Origin: Octopus sinensis
Taxonomy: Eukaryota
Direction: 5' to 3'
Length of the DNA: 64,000 nt
Assembly: GCF_006345805.1 (NCBI RefSeq)
Contig: NC_042998.1
Span: forward strand, 181,102,001-181,166,000
Shown here: piece by piece, positions 12,435 through 24,589 of the stretch
Layout: each line of letters begins with the position of its first letter
Numbering within the stretch: position 1 is the stretch's first letter
Program-made: the position numbers and the translations under genes
Notes under the pieces: model-generated
What the model saw: the letters and a program-made list of their open reading frames with translations, nothing else
Told to the model about the DNA's origin: nothing
Database searches by the model: none

Positions 12435-13236
12435 CTGTAATTATAATACTATGTATGTATTTTTCTGATAACAGTTTCATGCAGCTCCATATGGCTTAAA
12501 GTATTTTGGGCTTACGAGACGCTCCCATCTCATCAGCTAACCGGAGCTGAATCAAAAGGTTTTTTAAAAGTATATTTATATAACTCCTATCAAAGATTTT
12601 TGAGTGCCACTTTTTCGTTTGCCCACTAGTATATATACATATATTATATAATCTTATATGTTATATATGTATATGTATTATACACACGCGCACACACACA
12701 CATATATGGGTGTCGGGGGAGGTTGTGTTTTTGATCTGAATGTCAGAGTTATAAGTACTGAAATGTTCTCTAACGTTTTAATATTGTCTAGGTACATGTG
12801 GGAGTATTTCGGCTCAGTACGACAAGCTACGGAATCAATTCGCAGATGCACATTACCTTTGGCTCTACTTCCATATGTAGATTCTTTACAGCTAGACCAT
12901 GTGACCCTCCACGGGACTGATGCATAGTCAGATGTGAAATGTTCCCCCCTGTATCTGATAGACAAGCCAGTATTTTAACAAGTTGATGCTTGCCAGGATT
13001 TAACTCTCACAGCACATGTATTTGCATAAGTAATAATAGTCAACTTGAGGAGAAACAGGTATGATGTTTAAGTATGTTTCCAGTAAAACTCGTTGTCAAA
13101 CAAAGTGTTGAGACGCGATTGTACAGATGGAAATAACCACGCAATACAACACATGAGATAGCTAAACACAAGTCTGAATACATTAGCTTTTAAACACGTC
13201 ACTCACTCCCTAATCTCTCTCTTCTAATTCTTTCTC

Positions 13237-13292
<56 letters not shown>

Positions 13293-13319
13293 CACACATT
13301 TGTTACAAATGCATACATA

Positions 13320-13417
<98 letters not shown>

Positions 13418-13480
13418 GTATAGTTACAATGCATACATATGCATATATATATATATATATATGTTTTGTGTGTGCATGTT

Positions 13481-13515
<35 letters not shown>

Positions 13516-13964
13516 TGTGTGTGTGTGTGTGTGTGTGTCTGTGTGCTTGTGTGTAATAGTTCTCTTCTTGAACACTTGATTACTATTAACTTATTGCACG
13601 CTGAGTGGAAATTGTATATCTATTGTAAACCATTACTTAACGTTCTCTTTCCTGTCGACAACAAACAGATGTGTGACGTTCATCTACGAGAACGAAAATA
13701 AAACCAGTATACAATTACGCAGATCGTTAATTTAGAGCGGGAATATTTCAATAGACAAACCGAACACCCGCCGTCTCACAGCGCTCAAGAAATTCTATAA
13801 GCGATGTGCATGTTGAAACATTACCGCTCCATTAACATTTCTCAACACCTTGTGTATATGAATGAGAGCTGTATGGGTAACATATACCCCAAAACATTGA
13901 AATTCAGGTACTCTTCATATCTATTAGGAAAATACAGATACTCATATATATATATATATATATA

Positions 13965-14221
13965 CGTCACTAAAGCGACCAAGGGCGATCAGCACCAGTA
14001 TTGCTAGAAATAGGAGTTAAAACAACTCATAGCCACGTAAATGCACTTCTCTTAATGACTAACAAGACAGGCAAGATAACCTGGCTATGCCCGGATGCTG
14101 TAGGGAGCTTGCCTCCCTTGTTAGTCATTAAGATAAGTGCTTTCTTGTGGCTATGAGTTGATTTAACTCCTATTTCTAGCAATATTGGTGATGACTAGAG
14201 CACTTAGTCGCTTTAGTGACA
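13965..14221. mobile_element. Foldback MITE with about 115-bp imperfect TIRs and TA flanks (Tc1/mariner-type)
   Basis: TA|cgtcactaaagcgac ... gtcgctttagtgaca|TA; the arms pair through ctcttaatgactaacaag / cttgttagtcattaaga. Confidence 0.85.
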
Positions 14222-14307
14222 TATATTTCTGCATTTCAATTGCAAAGTTGCGAATAAGCCACCCTTATTAATGTGTGTGTGTGAGCGTGTGTGTGTATAT
14301 ACATGTG

Positions 14308-14347
<40 letters not shown>

Positions 14348-14531
14348 ACATATATGTATGTATATGTATAAATATATATATACATATATATATACACACA
14401 CACACATATACAAGTTGCGATGGGTATATTGTCACCATATTATATTCATATTTCACGCATACGCATTGTATGTTTTTGATTTTGTCGACTACAAGTGTCA
14501 GTTGGGCTCCGTCCCTGGGAAAAACCACACC

Positions 14532-14770
14532 ATGGCGCAATTCACTCTGCCAGAAATTTGGAAACGACATGCTGTACTGCTTGGCATTCGAGCCAGTAGC
14601 TCTAATACGAACATTTCAGAGCGTTTGGGTGTCAATCTAAGTGTTTGCCGTATTCCCAAAACATGTACCAAGAGTGATAAAAATCAAACATCCAGTCAAC
14701 ATCATGGTGTTTGGAGTGTTGGCGATGTCATGACTCCATTCATCTTCCCATACGGCCTCTGACTCAACAG
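14532..14770 (+). pseudogene. Internally deleted Tc1/mariner (maT/DD37D-like) transposase relic
   Basis: MAQFTLPEIWKRHAVLLGIRASSSNTNISERLGVNL (HTH), then VIKIKHPVNIMVFGV..GDVMTPFIFPYGL*LN across frames. A further piece, EFIQQIQQTVVYNPRKSMR, lies at about 15078-15135. Confidence 0.7.
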
Positions 14771-14825
14771 GTAGTGCAGGGCCAGCTGATAGGTACAATG
14801 ATAGCTTAGATTGTAGGTGTATTAG

Positions 14826-14911
<86 letters not shown>

Positions 14912-14959
14912 ATGCATGTATGCATGCATACATGTATGCATGTATGTATGTATGTATAA

Positions 14960-15149
14960 TGTGACTGCGTGTGTACCGTTGGCGATTTTTTTTCCTCTGT
15001 CTTCCCTTCTCTGGATCTTTCCTTCTCCTATGTTTCCGACGAAGAGCTCCGCTCGAAACAGATGGGAACATATCACCTGAATTTATCCAGCAAATTCAAC
15101 AGACCGTTGTTTACAATCCCAGAAAGTCCATGAGGTTATCTTACGCACA

Positions 15150-15184
<35 letters not shown>

Positions 15185-15420
15185 TATATATATATACATA
15201 TATACTATTTGAACGCGTCTGTATCGTTGGCGATTTTCTTTCTCCGTCTTCCCTTCCCTGGACTTTTCCTTTTTCTATGTTTCTGACGAAGCGCCCCGCT
15301 CGAAACGTTAAATCCTCCTTCTTTCTTTCCTTTCCTGAGCGTCCAATAACATTATACTTGTTCCACGTCCTCGCATTGTTGTGTTTTCTCTTTGTTCGTC
15401 TTTGGATTAACTATATATAT
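14960..15420 (+). mobile_element. Two tandem Penelope-type terminal-repeat copies carrying hammerhead-like cores
   Basis: 14960-15060 aligns with 15215-15310; ribozyme cores at 15032-15059 and 15279-15313. Confidence 0.7.
15279..15313 (+). ncRNA. Minimal type I hammerhead ribozyme motif (one stem II mismatch)
   Basis: GUUU CUGACGA A GCGC CCC GCUC GAA ACGU U^AAAU: stem I 4 bp, palindromic ACGU stem III, GUU cleavage triplet. Confidence 0.65.
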
Positions 15421-16104
15421 AATCATTTAACATCTGTTTTCTATGCTGGCATGAATCAGACGATTCGGTAGGGGCTGGCAAGTCAGAAGACTACGCCATG
15501 TTATACTCTGCGCTTTCGCATAGTTTCTATCGCTGGATGCCCTTCCTACCGCCAACCACTTTAGAGTGTATATATGTGTGTCTATGAGTGCGTGTATGTG
15601 ACTTTGTTTTAGTCCACACACGGTATGACAATCTGTGCTGGCTTGTTTATGTCCCCACCGTCTAGCTGTTCAGCCACAGAGTTCCACACGCTATGTACAA
15701 GACTTGAAAAGAATGAATACTGGGTGCGATTAGTTCTATTAAACCATTTTAAGCGATGTCCCCGCACGGTCGCAGTCCAATGAGCGAAACAAACAAAAGA
15801 AAGAAAATAATAAGTCTTGGATAGCGACTGCCTATTATAATTGTCTTGAATGAAACTTCACTTTTGCTCTCCAGCATCCGCTAATATGTAATCTCATAAA
15901 TGATTTCTGCGATGACAGTTTTGCCGCCACAATCTATAATTTTATCTTTTCCTTCTATTGTTTTAGAACATTTTCTGATTTAATTTAATCAAAATTTATT
16001 CTCGCTGTTTATTCCATTATTTCTCTACAAATTGACTTTATTTCATTCAATCATTTTCTCATACGCTATCTCATTTTCTGTTCCATTCGTTCTCAGAATA
16101 TGTT

Positions 16105-16204
16105 NNNNNNNNNNNNNNNNNNNNNNNNNNNNNNNNNNNNNNNNNNNNNNNNNNNNNNNNNNNNNNNNNNNNNNNNNNNNNNNNNNNNNNNNNNNNNNNN
16201 NNNN
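16105..16204. other. Assembly gap (100 N)
   Basis: Exactly 100 Ns; contiguity across the gap is not assured. Confidence 0.99.
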
Positions 16205-16423
16205 CGGAACATTATAAAAGGATATACAGATGGACTTCGGTCAAACTAAAAGTTATAAACAGATAGTAAAACGGGGGAAACTACAAGCCAAAGTTGCGAC
16301 ATTTCTATAAAGGATGGCCCTTTTTTTTCGATAAAAGCTATCTAAAAGGGGATTAATATTTATTTTATATTAGATACAGAAAAGGTAACTAGATAGTATT
16401 AACACTTCCAGGATTTTGTCCAT

Positions 16424-16860
16424 ATAGGCATAGGAGTGGCTGTGTGGTAAGTAGCTTGCTTACGAACCACATGGTTCCGGGTTCGGTCCCACTGCGTGGC
16501 ACCTTGAGCAAGTGTCTTCTACTATAGCCTCGGGCCGACCAAAGCCTTATGAGTGGATTTGGTAGGCGGAAACTGAAAGAAGCTCGTCGTATATATGTAT
16601 ATATATATTTTTGTGTGTATGTGTGTGTATATGTTTGTGTGTCTGTGTTTGTCCCCCCCCACACAAAACATCGTTTGACAACCGATGCTGGTTTGTTTAC
16701 GTCCCCGTAACTTAGTGCTTCGGCAAAAGAGACTGATAGAATAAATACTAGGCTTCCAAAGAATAAGTCCTGGGGTCGATTTGCTCGACTAAAGATGGTG
16801 CTCCAGCATGGCCACAGTCAAATGACTGAAACAAGTAAAAGAGATAAAAGAGAAAAGAGA
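16424..16860 (+). mobile_element. SINE family A (tRNA-derived head, internal microsatellite, CORE-like 3' part, gtaaaaga tail)
   Basis: ggagtggctgtgtggtaagtagcttgc...ggttccgggttcggtcccactgcgtggcacc...gggtcgatttgctcgactaaag...gactgaaacaagtaaaagag. Confidence 0.92.
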
Positions 16861-16924
16861 TACAATATATCAGTGACGTCCGATGTTAAAGTTGCTGGAT
16901 TGAGCGTCACTGATATATTGTATC

Positions 16925-17174
16925 TCTTTTACTTGTTTCAGTCATTTGACAGTGGCCATGCTGGAGCACCATCTTTAGTCGAGCAAATTGACCCCAGCAA
17001 CTTATTCTTTGGAAGCCTAGTACTTATTCTATCGGTTCTCTTTTGCTGAACCGCTAAGTTATGGGGGACGTAAACACACCAGCATCGGTTGTCAAACGAT
17101 GTTGCGGGGGGGACAAACACAGACACACAAACATATACACACACAAACATATATATATATGTTATATATATATA

Positions 17175-17240
<66 letters not shown>

Positions 17241-17457
17241 ATGCGCTTGGCTTAGATTTTCCTGGGGCTGCCCAGGTCGGAGCAATCTCAAGATTAATCA
17301 GCCGAAATTGCGAAGATGATCCGGTTCTTGACTGAAGATTGAAGGCTTCGAATGTACCGTCCGTGTTTTTTGTATCGTCTTCTAATTGTTTCTTGTCCCA
17401 GTTTGTATTTTTTTTTACTTTTACATATGTATGTATATATATATCTATATATATATA

Positions 17458-17513
<56 letters not shown>

Positions 17514-17672
17514 TACGACGGTAGAGTTTCCGTCTACCAAATCCACTCACAAGGCTTTTGTCAGCCGAAGCTATAGTAGAAGATACTTGCCCAACGTGCC
17601 ACGCAGTGGGACTGAACCCGGAACCATGTGGTTGGTAAGCAAGCTACTTACCATAAAACCACTCCTACGCCT
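16925..17672 (-). mobile_element. SINE family A copy interrupted in its internal microsatellite by an approximately 200-bp insert (17231-17430)
   Basis: 3' half at 16925-17135, 5' half at 17510-17672, with (TA)n on both sides of the unrelated insert. Confidence 0.85.
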
Positions 17673-17934
17673 ATATATGCCTATATATGAATACATACAC
17701 AATAAAAAAACTCCAGCATACTAGACAGCATGACCTTTCTTATTGTGACACACTTGTTTAATATTGTCAAGTCAGCCTCTAAAATACACTAGGGTGTTTC
17801 TTTAAAAGTACACCAGTTATTATTAGTTGCTGACTCTGCTATAAACTCAAGTAGGAAGATACTGCTACGACACACAGACACATTCATGACTGCATCCTGA
17901 AGACATGAATCCAGATCTCTTTTTTTTTTTTTTT

Positions 17935-18340
17935 TGGTACTTGTTTCAGTTATTGGACTGCGACTATGTTGGAGCACCGCGTTGAAGGATTTTAGTCAAA
18001 CAAATCGACCCCAGTACTTGTTTTTTGATTATGGTACATATTCCATCGGCTTCTTATGCTGAACTGCTAAATTTCAGGGACGTAAACAAACCAACCACGG
18101 TTGTCAAGCGGTAAGGCCGAACAAACAAACAAACAAACAAACACACACACATATATGTATGTGTGTGTGTGTGTGTGTGACGAATTTCAATTTCCGTCAA
18201 TCAAATCTATTCACAAGGCTTTGGTAGACCGGGGTCTATATTAGAAGACGGTTGCGCACACTCTCATGCAGTGGGACTGAACCCAGAACCATGTGGTTGA
18301 ATAGCAAACTTCTTACCACGTAGTCACGCCTACGCCTATA
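17935..18340 (-). mobile_element. SINE family A copy (diverged)
   Basis: Tail, body and head motifs are all recognisable. Confidence 0.8.
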
Positions 18341-20254
18341 TTAAATGTTGTTAAATATTGTTTCACTAACATGCAAATCCTTCCTTACACCCGACAGAAA
18401 TTTTATGAATAGCAACCTAAAGAACATCTTAAGTAAGGAAGTAACAAAGCATACATTCAAAAAGTAGTCGATGATATACAATCAAAGCCAAAAGACGAGA
18501 ATTCATTATTAGAATGCTTTTGATCACACTTCTACTCGATCGAGGCTGATCTGCACCTTTTCAGCAACTCACTAACACGGAGATACGTTGCTTCGTATTT
18601 CTTTCTCTTCAAACACATCTATAACAGCTTCTACTTTTCTAAGTTAACTGAACAACTTCTCCCCCTAAACTCTTCTTAAACACTAACACCCCCTATATTA
18701 CATGATTGCTACTGTTATTCGTCTACCATATCTATTACTTAGCAATGTTAAACAATTACTAAATAATTAATCCCTAACCGAAAACATCTCTCTGAATTAT
18801 TCAAAACCTTGCATTTCCCCTTTTCTGTAATTGTTTAAAATGGTTATCAACCGTATCGGATCGCTGTAACAATCAGTAGGAGTTGAGTCTCAAATGTCAA
18901 GGGCATTGACTCTGTAGACTATCTTAAATAATACAATACAAAAACATAAATATTAATGTTCTGGATATTGCTCAGAATTTTGTAGATATTTACTGTTGAG
19001 GTTATAATTGCTATTAATGTTACATATCAGTGAACGGTACCCTCGCCAGGAATACATTATCTCCCGTTGGTTATAATCCCGAAACGTTATTTTCATCGTC
19101 AGCATTTAGCATAAGTTCAGCCATAATAGAATATAGCTATGGTCGAAGGCTTTCTAGCCGTGAGCATCTCGTCTATTTGTACATTTAGAACTACATAGTC
19201 CAGCATCTCTTTCTTTATTTCATGTAATAAAAAATTAGGATTGATGGTAATTTGACTGGACGAATGGTGACACACACAGGCTCCCTCAATGAATCGCGCA
19301 TTGAATCAAAAATATACAGGGTATGAGAGTGACAGACTGAAGACATGTTACTGGAAGTGTTCGATCGCTGAACCACCCCTCTTTGAACCTGTACAATTAA
19401 AGCCATATTATCCGAGCATCAGTATGTCCCTCTGATATGCTTGTAGAATTCATGCTGCAGTATTTCTGTGGGAGCACGGCTATCATTTGAAACTGAAACT
19501 TGCTATACAATTAATGAATTAATTGCATATACATACATATATTATATACATATATATATATATACACACACACAGACACGCACACACATATATATGCATA
19601 TGTACGCCTGCGTGCGTGTTTGTGCGTGTGTATGCATGTGTGTGTATGCATGTCTATGTGCAAATGTGTGTGTGTGTGTGTGTGTGTGCATATGTGTATG
19701 TCTGAAACTTTCTGTGTGTTTCTACGTCTTAAGAGAGAAAGAGAGAGAGGAGGGAGAGAGAGAGAGGGAGGACAGGGAGAAAAAGATAGACAGAGAGAAG
19801 AGACTAAATTCTCACTTCAATAATTATGGTTTCGTACAAGAAAAAGATGGCGGCAGCTATGATGCCAAGAGTGCAATTCTCAGAAGAAGAAGATAAAAAA
19901 AAAGCAGAAATGAACAAAAATTCTCGTGTTTTATATAATCTGTTAGGTATATTCTGTGCATTTCAGAAATTGTGGAATAAATGAAGCGAATATTGCAATA
20001 TTAATCGGCAGAATGCCTCTGTAGAATAGATTGCAACTTTATCAAGTGTGATTTACTTTAGAATGAACGAAGGACGGTGTTGAAGATTGTATTTCACTTG
20101 TAACTAGTAGTTGAGCTGGGAACTTCTGCAGCGGCTTCGTTGAAGTATGTAGACAGGTGGGGGGAGATCAGTAAGTTGGTGGTAAGTTGATGCGTACAGG
20201 CATCAGGCATATATACATACAATGCACGCACAAACACACAATCATAGACAGACC

Positions 20255-20435
<181 letters not shown>

Positions 20436-20546
20436 GAAAACAAACTGACAGGCAGATTTGATGATAACGATTATCTTATGTATGTGCATGCTTCTTTGTG
20501 CATATATGAATTTATACACCCACCCACACACACACACATACACACA

Positions 20547-20572
<26 letters not shown>

Positions 20573-20583
<11 letters not shown>

Positions 20584-20723
20584 ATCTCTTCAGGTGTACA
20601 AACGCATACAAATACTGGAACACAGATGCATACACACACACACTTGCCCATAGACATGCAAGTGTGTGTGTGTATGCATCTGTGTTCCAGTATTTGTATG
20701 CGTTTGTACACCTGAAGAGATAA

Positions 20724-20732
<9 letters not shown>
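20573..20732. repeat. Perfect inverted repeat, 75-bp arms, 10-nt loop
   Basis: 20573-20647 is the exact reverse complement of 20658-20732. Confidence 0.93.
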
Positions 20733-20756
<24 letters not shown>

Positions 20757-20802
20757 TAGACAGACAGATAGATAGATAGATAGATAGATAGACAGGCAGA
20801 TC

Positions 20803-20876
<74 letters not shown>

Positions 20877-22139
20877 CAGAGAGGGAGAGAGATTTAGCTA
20901 ATTATCGACTAGGTTAATTTGTTAATTTCGCGAACGTGTAAATAGAGAGATGAAGGGGTAGGTAGGTAGGTAGGTAGGTAGGTAGGTAGGTAGGTAGGTA
21001 GGTAGGCAGGTAGGTAGGTAGGCAGGTAGGTAGGCTTGTGTGAAGATGAATGGAATTCATGCATGTATAAATGACTAAATGACATTTATACATTTTGTCT
21101 GTACTAATTATAATTTAACCCCAGGTTACTTCTAATCCAGCAGACCTATGATCAGGAATATTCCGTCTGTGACCAGCACGACATGGTACAGTGCAGAAAG
21201 GAGCACCAAAGTCCATCTGTCCTTTCTGAGAGAGATTTGGCAGCTGGTATTTCTAGCAGATCGTTGATAATTTTGATGGGTACGTAGCCATACAAAGACA
21301 ATTAAGGAGGAAGGTGTGAAGATATTTAAGTAGATAGGACAGAATGTACAGAAGTAGGTAGGTAGGTGGGTAGGATGACTATGTAAGGAGATTATGAAAT
21401 GCTGAAAATCTCGACTTTATGAATAAGAAGATCGATAGGTCATGAAAGAAATAGTTGGACACTTTGACAAGTACATAAATATGATTAGTACTTCTATAGT
21501 TAAGGCTAGGCTACACATTAATTAGTTGAGAAGAGGCCCAAAAGATTAGACAGATTCACATACTTGTTTTGTTGCTGAACCGATAGATTTTTTTCGAATT
21601 CGCGAGACCCACTCCTATGTTTTCTAGACAAACCACACCCCTTTAATTTTAATAAGATATTAAACAAACAAAATGTATCAGTAAAAAAAAGAATATTTAT
21701 AACATCGTTTTGAAAATGGCAAATAGCATTTGTTTTCTAAAGCATATTTGTATAAAGTTTTACTAAAATACACCTTATTTCGTGGAGCACTAGAATGTTT
21801 TGATGGAACACTATGGTTTCTCGAAACACGACTTGAGAAGCACTAGGATAATATATTAGATTCTTTTTCTGTCGATTGTCTCAAGATTAATCTGGATTGT
21901 ACGACTCCGTGAACAAAAGCATTACAGCCGTGCCTAACAAGTTTTTAGGGGTATGTTTGACTACAGGACCTAATATGCTCTTGTCCCATTTAATATAGTA
22001 AGATTTAGTTTGAAAGAGACCTGACAGCTATTTCTAAGGAATCGGATACCCATATACAGGATCCCCCGTGTTTCGGTACAGTATTAACAATACTTCCTCG
22101 CGGATTATGCGTTAATATTCCTTTCTGCTATAGGAACAA

Positions 22140-22706
22140 GGCGTTAAATCTTGGAGGAGGGAGTGGCTGGTCGATTACATCGATCTCAGTGCGAAACTGT
22201 TACTTATTTTATCCTCGAAAGAATGAAAGGCAATATCGGGTTCCGTGCAATTTGAACTCAGATAGTAAAGACGGACAAAATACCTATTTCTTATTTCTTT
22301 ATTGCCCACAAGGGGCTAAACACAGAGGAGACATACGAGGACAGACAAACGGATTAAGTCGATTACATCGACCCCAGTGCATAACTGGTGCTTTATTTAT
22401 CGACCCCGAAAGGATGAAACGCAAAGTCGACCCCGGCGGAATATGAACTCAGAACGTAACGGCACACGAAATACCTATTTCTTTACTACCCACAAGGGGC
22501 TAAACATAGAGGAGACAAACAAGGACAGACAGACGGATTATGTCGATTATATCGACCCCAGTGCGTAACTGTTACTTAATTTATCGACCCCGAAAGGATG
22601 AAAGGCAAAGTCGACCTCGGCGGAATTTGAACTCAGAACGTAACGGCAGACGAAATACGGCAACGTATTTCGCTCGGCGTGCTAACGTTTCTGCCAGCTC
22701 GCCGCC
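22140..22706 (-). mobile_element. SINE family B: one head plus three tandem bodies of increasing divergence
   Basis: Junctions aaatacc|tatttc at 22469-22475 and 22278-22284. The last body carries the old-type tail. Confidence 0.88.
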
Positions 22707-23090
22707 TTAAGGATCATATGTTATTATGCTAACGGAGTCTTCTGAAGAACTAAGGTTATTCTGTACATCAGCAAGCGAATTACCGTCTGCTCCAACAATA
22801 TCAATTTCTCTGCAATCAGCGTCCATTTCTCCTCAACATTCCACACTCCAAACACTTCACAGTATATTTACATAAAGTTCACGAAGAGAAACTTCGCAAA
22901 CATCCAGCGTTGGAGTCAGAGCAATTTTATCACCTATAACAGTAAAATTACACAATTACTACACATATCAAGAAAATATTGTCACACTTACCCACCTTAA
23001 ACATCAACAACAAACAGGTGGAACACACATCCTCAAAATAGCACAGCCTGCATCACGATGACTGGCCAGAAAATAATTCAGCCTTCATCA

Positions 23091-23510
23091 ATAGGAGTGG
23101 CTGTGTGTTAAGTAGCTTGCTTACCAACCACATGGTTCTGGGTTCAGTCCCACTGCGTGGCACCTTGGACAAGTGTCTTCTACTATAGCCTCGGGCCGAC
23201 CAAAGTCTTGTGAGTGGATTTGGTAGACGGAAACTGAAAGAAGCCCGTCGTATGTGTGTGTGTATATATATGTGTGTTTGTGTGTGTGTGAGTATGTTTG
23301 TGTGTCTGTATTTGTCCTCCCCCAACACCGCTTGACAACCGATGCTGGTGTGTTTACGTCCCCGTAACTTAGCGTTTCGGCAAAAGAGACCGATAGAATA
23401 AGTACTAGGCTTACAAAGAATAAGTCCTGGGGTCGATTTGCTCGATTAAAGGTGGTGCTCCAGTATGGCCACAGTCAAATGACTGAAACAAGTAAAAGAG
23501 TAAAAGAGTA
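23091..23510 (+). mobile_element. SINE family A, near-intact copy
   Basis: High identity to 16424-16860. Confidence 0.93.
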
Positions 23511-23662
23511 ACTAATTCTTCAAAGATCCGATGAGAACCACGGTGGCGCACTTCACTCGCATTGGGTTGATATCACACTCATATACATCCAAAGGTGTTG
23601 CGGAGCACTTATTAGTATGAAGTGTCACTCACCAACATATTCGAGTCTCAGTCCCAAAGAAA

Positions 23663-23703
<41 letters not shown>

Positions 23704-23730
23704 ATATATATATATAATATATATATATAT

Positions 23731-24127
23731 ATTTATATATATAAAAGAGAGCTTGTGTGCTGTCTGTCTCCTACGATTTAGATTCCTAACTACTCCCACA
23801 TTTTTCGGTGCAGTTTAACCAAAACCGGGTATCTTATAGTCGTGTTTCATATAGAGCCCTTCTGGGTATTAGTGCGTGTCTACGATGAGTCTACGATTTA
23901 AAAAAAAAATTACCATCAATTCTTCCCATTTTTAATGCATTTTTGGCATATATAAGGGAAGTAACTCTCTAAAACTTTATAATTAAATCTCAGAACGTAA
24001 AAAGCTACAGTAACACCTCCCCTTTGTGGTTAGCGATATTGAGATGGCTATTATACTTTACATCTCTAAAAATGCTTATATAGTTATTTCCCTTACAAAC
24101 CCGAGCAACGCCGGGCGATACTGCTAG

Positions 24128-24129
<2 letters not shown>
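23731..24129 (-). mobile_element. Non-autonomous Helentron/HINE-like element
   Basis: Starts tactagcagtatcgcccggcgttgctcgggtttgt and ends in tttatatatataaat; homologous to 59125-59424. Confidence 0.6.
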
Positions 24130-24192
<63 letters not shown>

Positions 24193-24589
24193 ACCTCTTC
24201 TATAGTTCCTGTTAAGGCCTCTGCACCTTGAAGCTGACTGCTTTCTTGCTATCTCCACTCATACACTCCTGGATCACTTGCTTCTCTCCTTTTGTCATTT
24301 ATATTGCATCATCTCCCCTACCTGGCCTCACTCTAAGCACAACGTTTAGTCCTTATTTCCCAAATCATCTTCCCTCTGGATTTCCTTCCCTTTACTTGTT
24401 TTTCCCACTTGTAACTGAAGAAGAGGGTCGGTTTCGGAGTGCCTTAAATGATCATGGATGCATTCCCTATAGCTCAAGCCAATAACAAAAGTAAATAAGA
24501 ATAATGTTGTTTCCGAGTATCAGGCATTCGTCCAGTGGAGGTTGTAGTGAGTGTCGGTGATGGTAGTATTAGGTGGGCGATATTTTTTA

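Noticed and set aside
16032-16217. ORF spanning the N run
   Set aside because: Artefact of the assembly gap.
17325-17360. ctgaaga..gaag/cttc..gaa as a hammerhead
   Set aside because: Lacks GAAA-C, stem III and stem I pairing; too degenerate to call.
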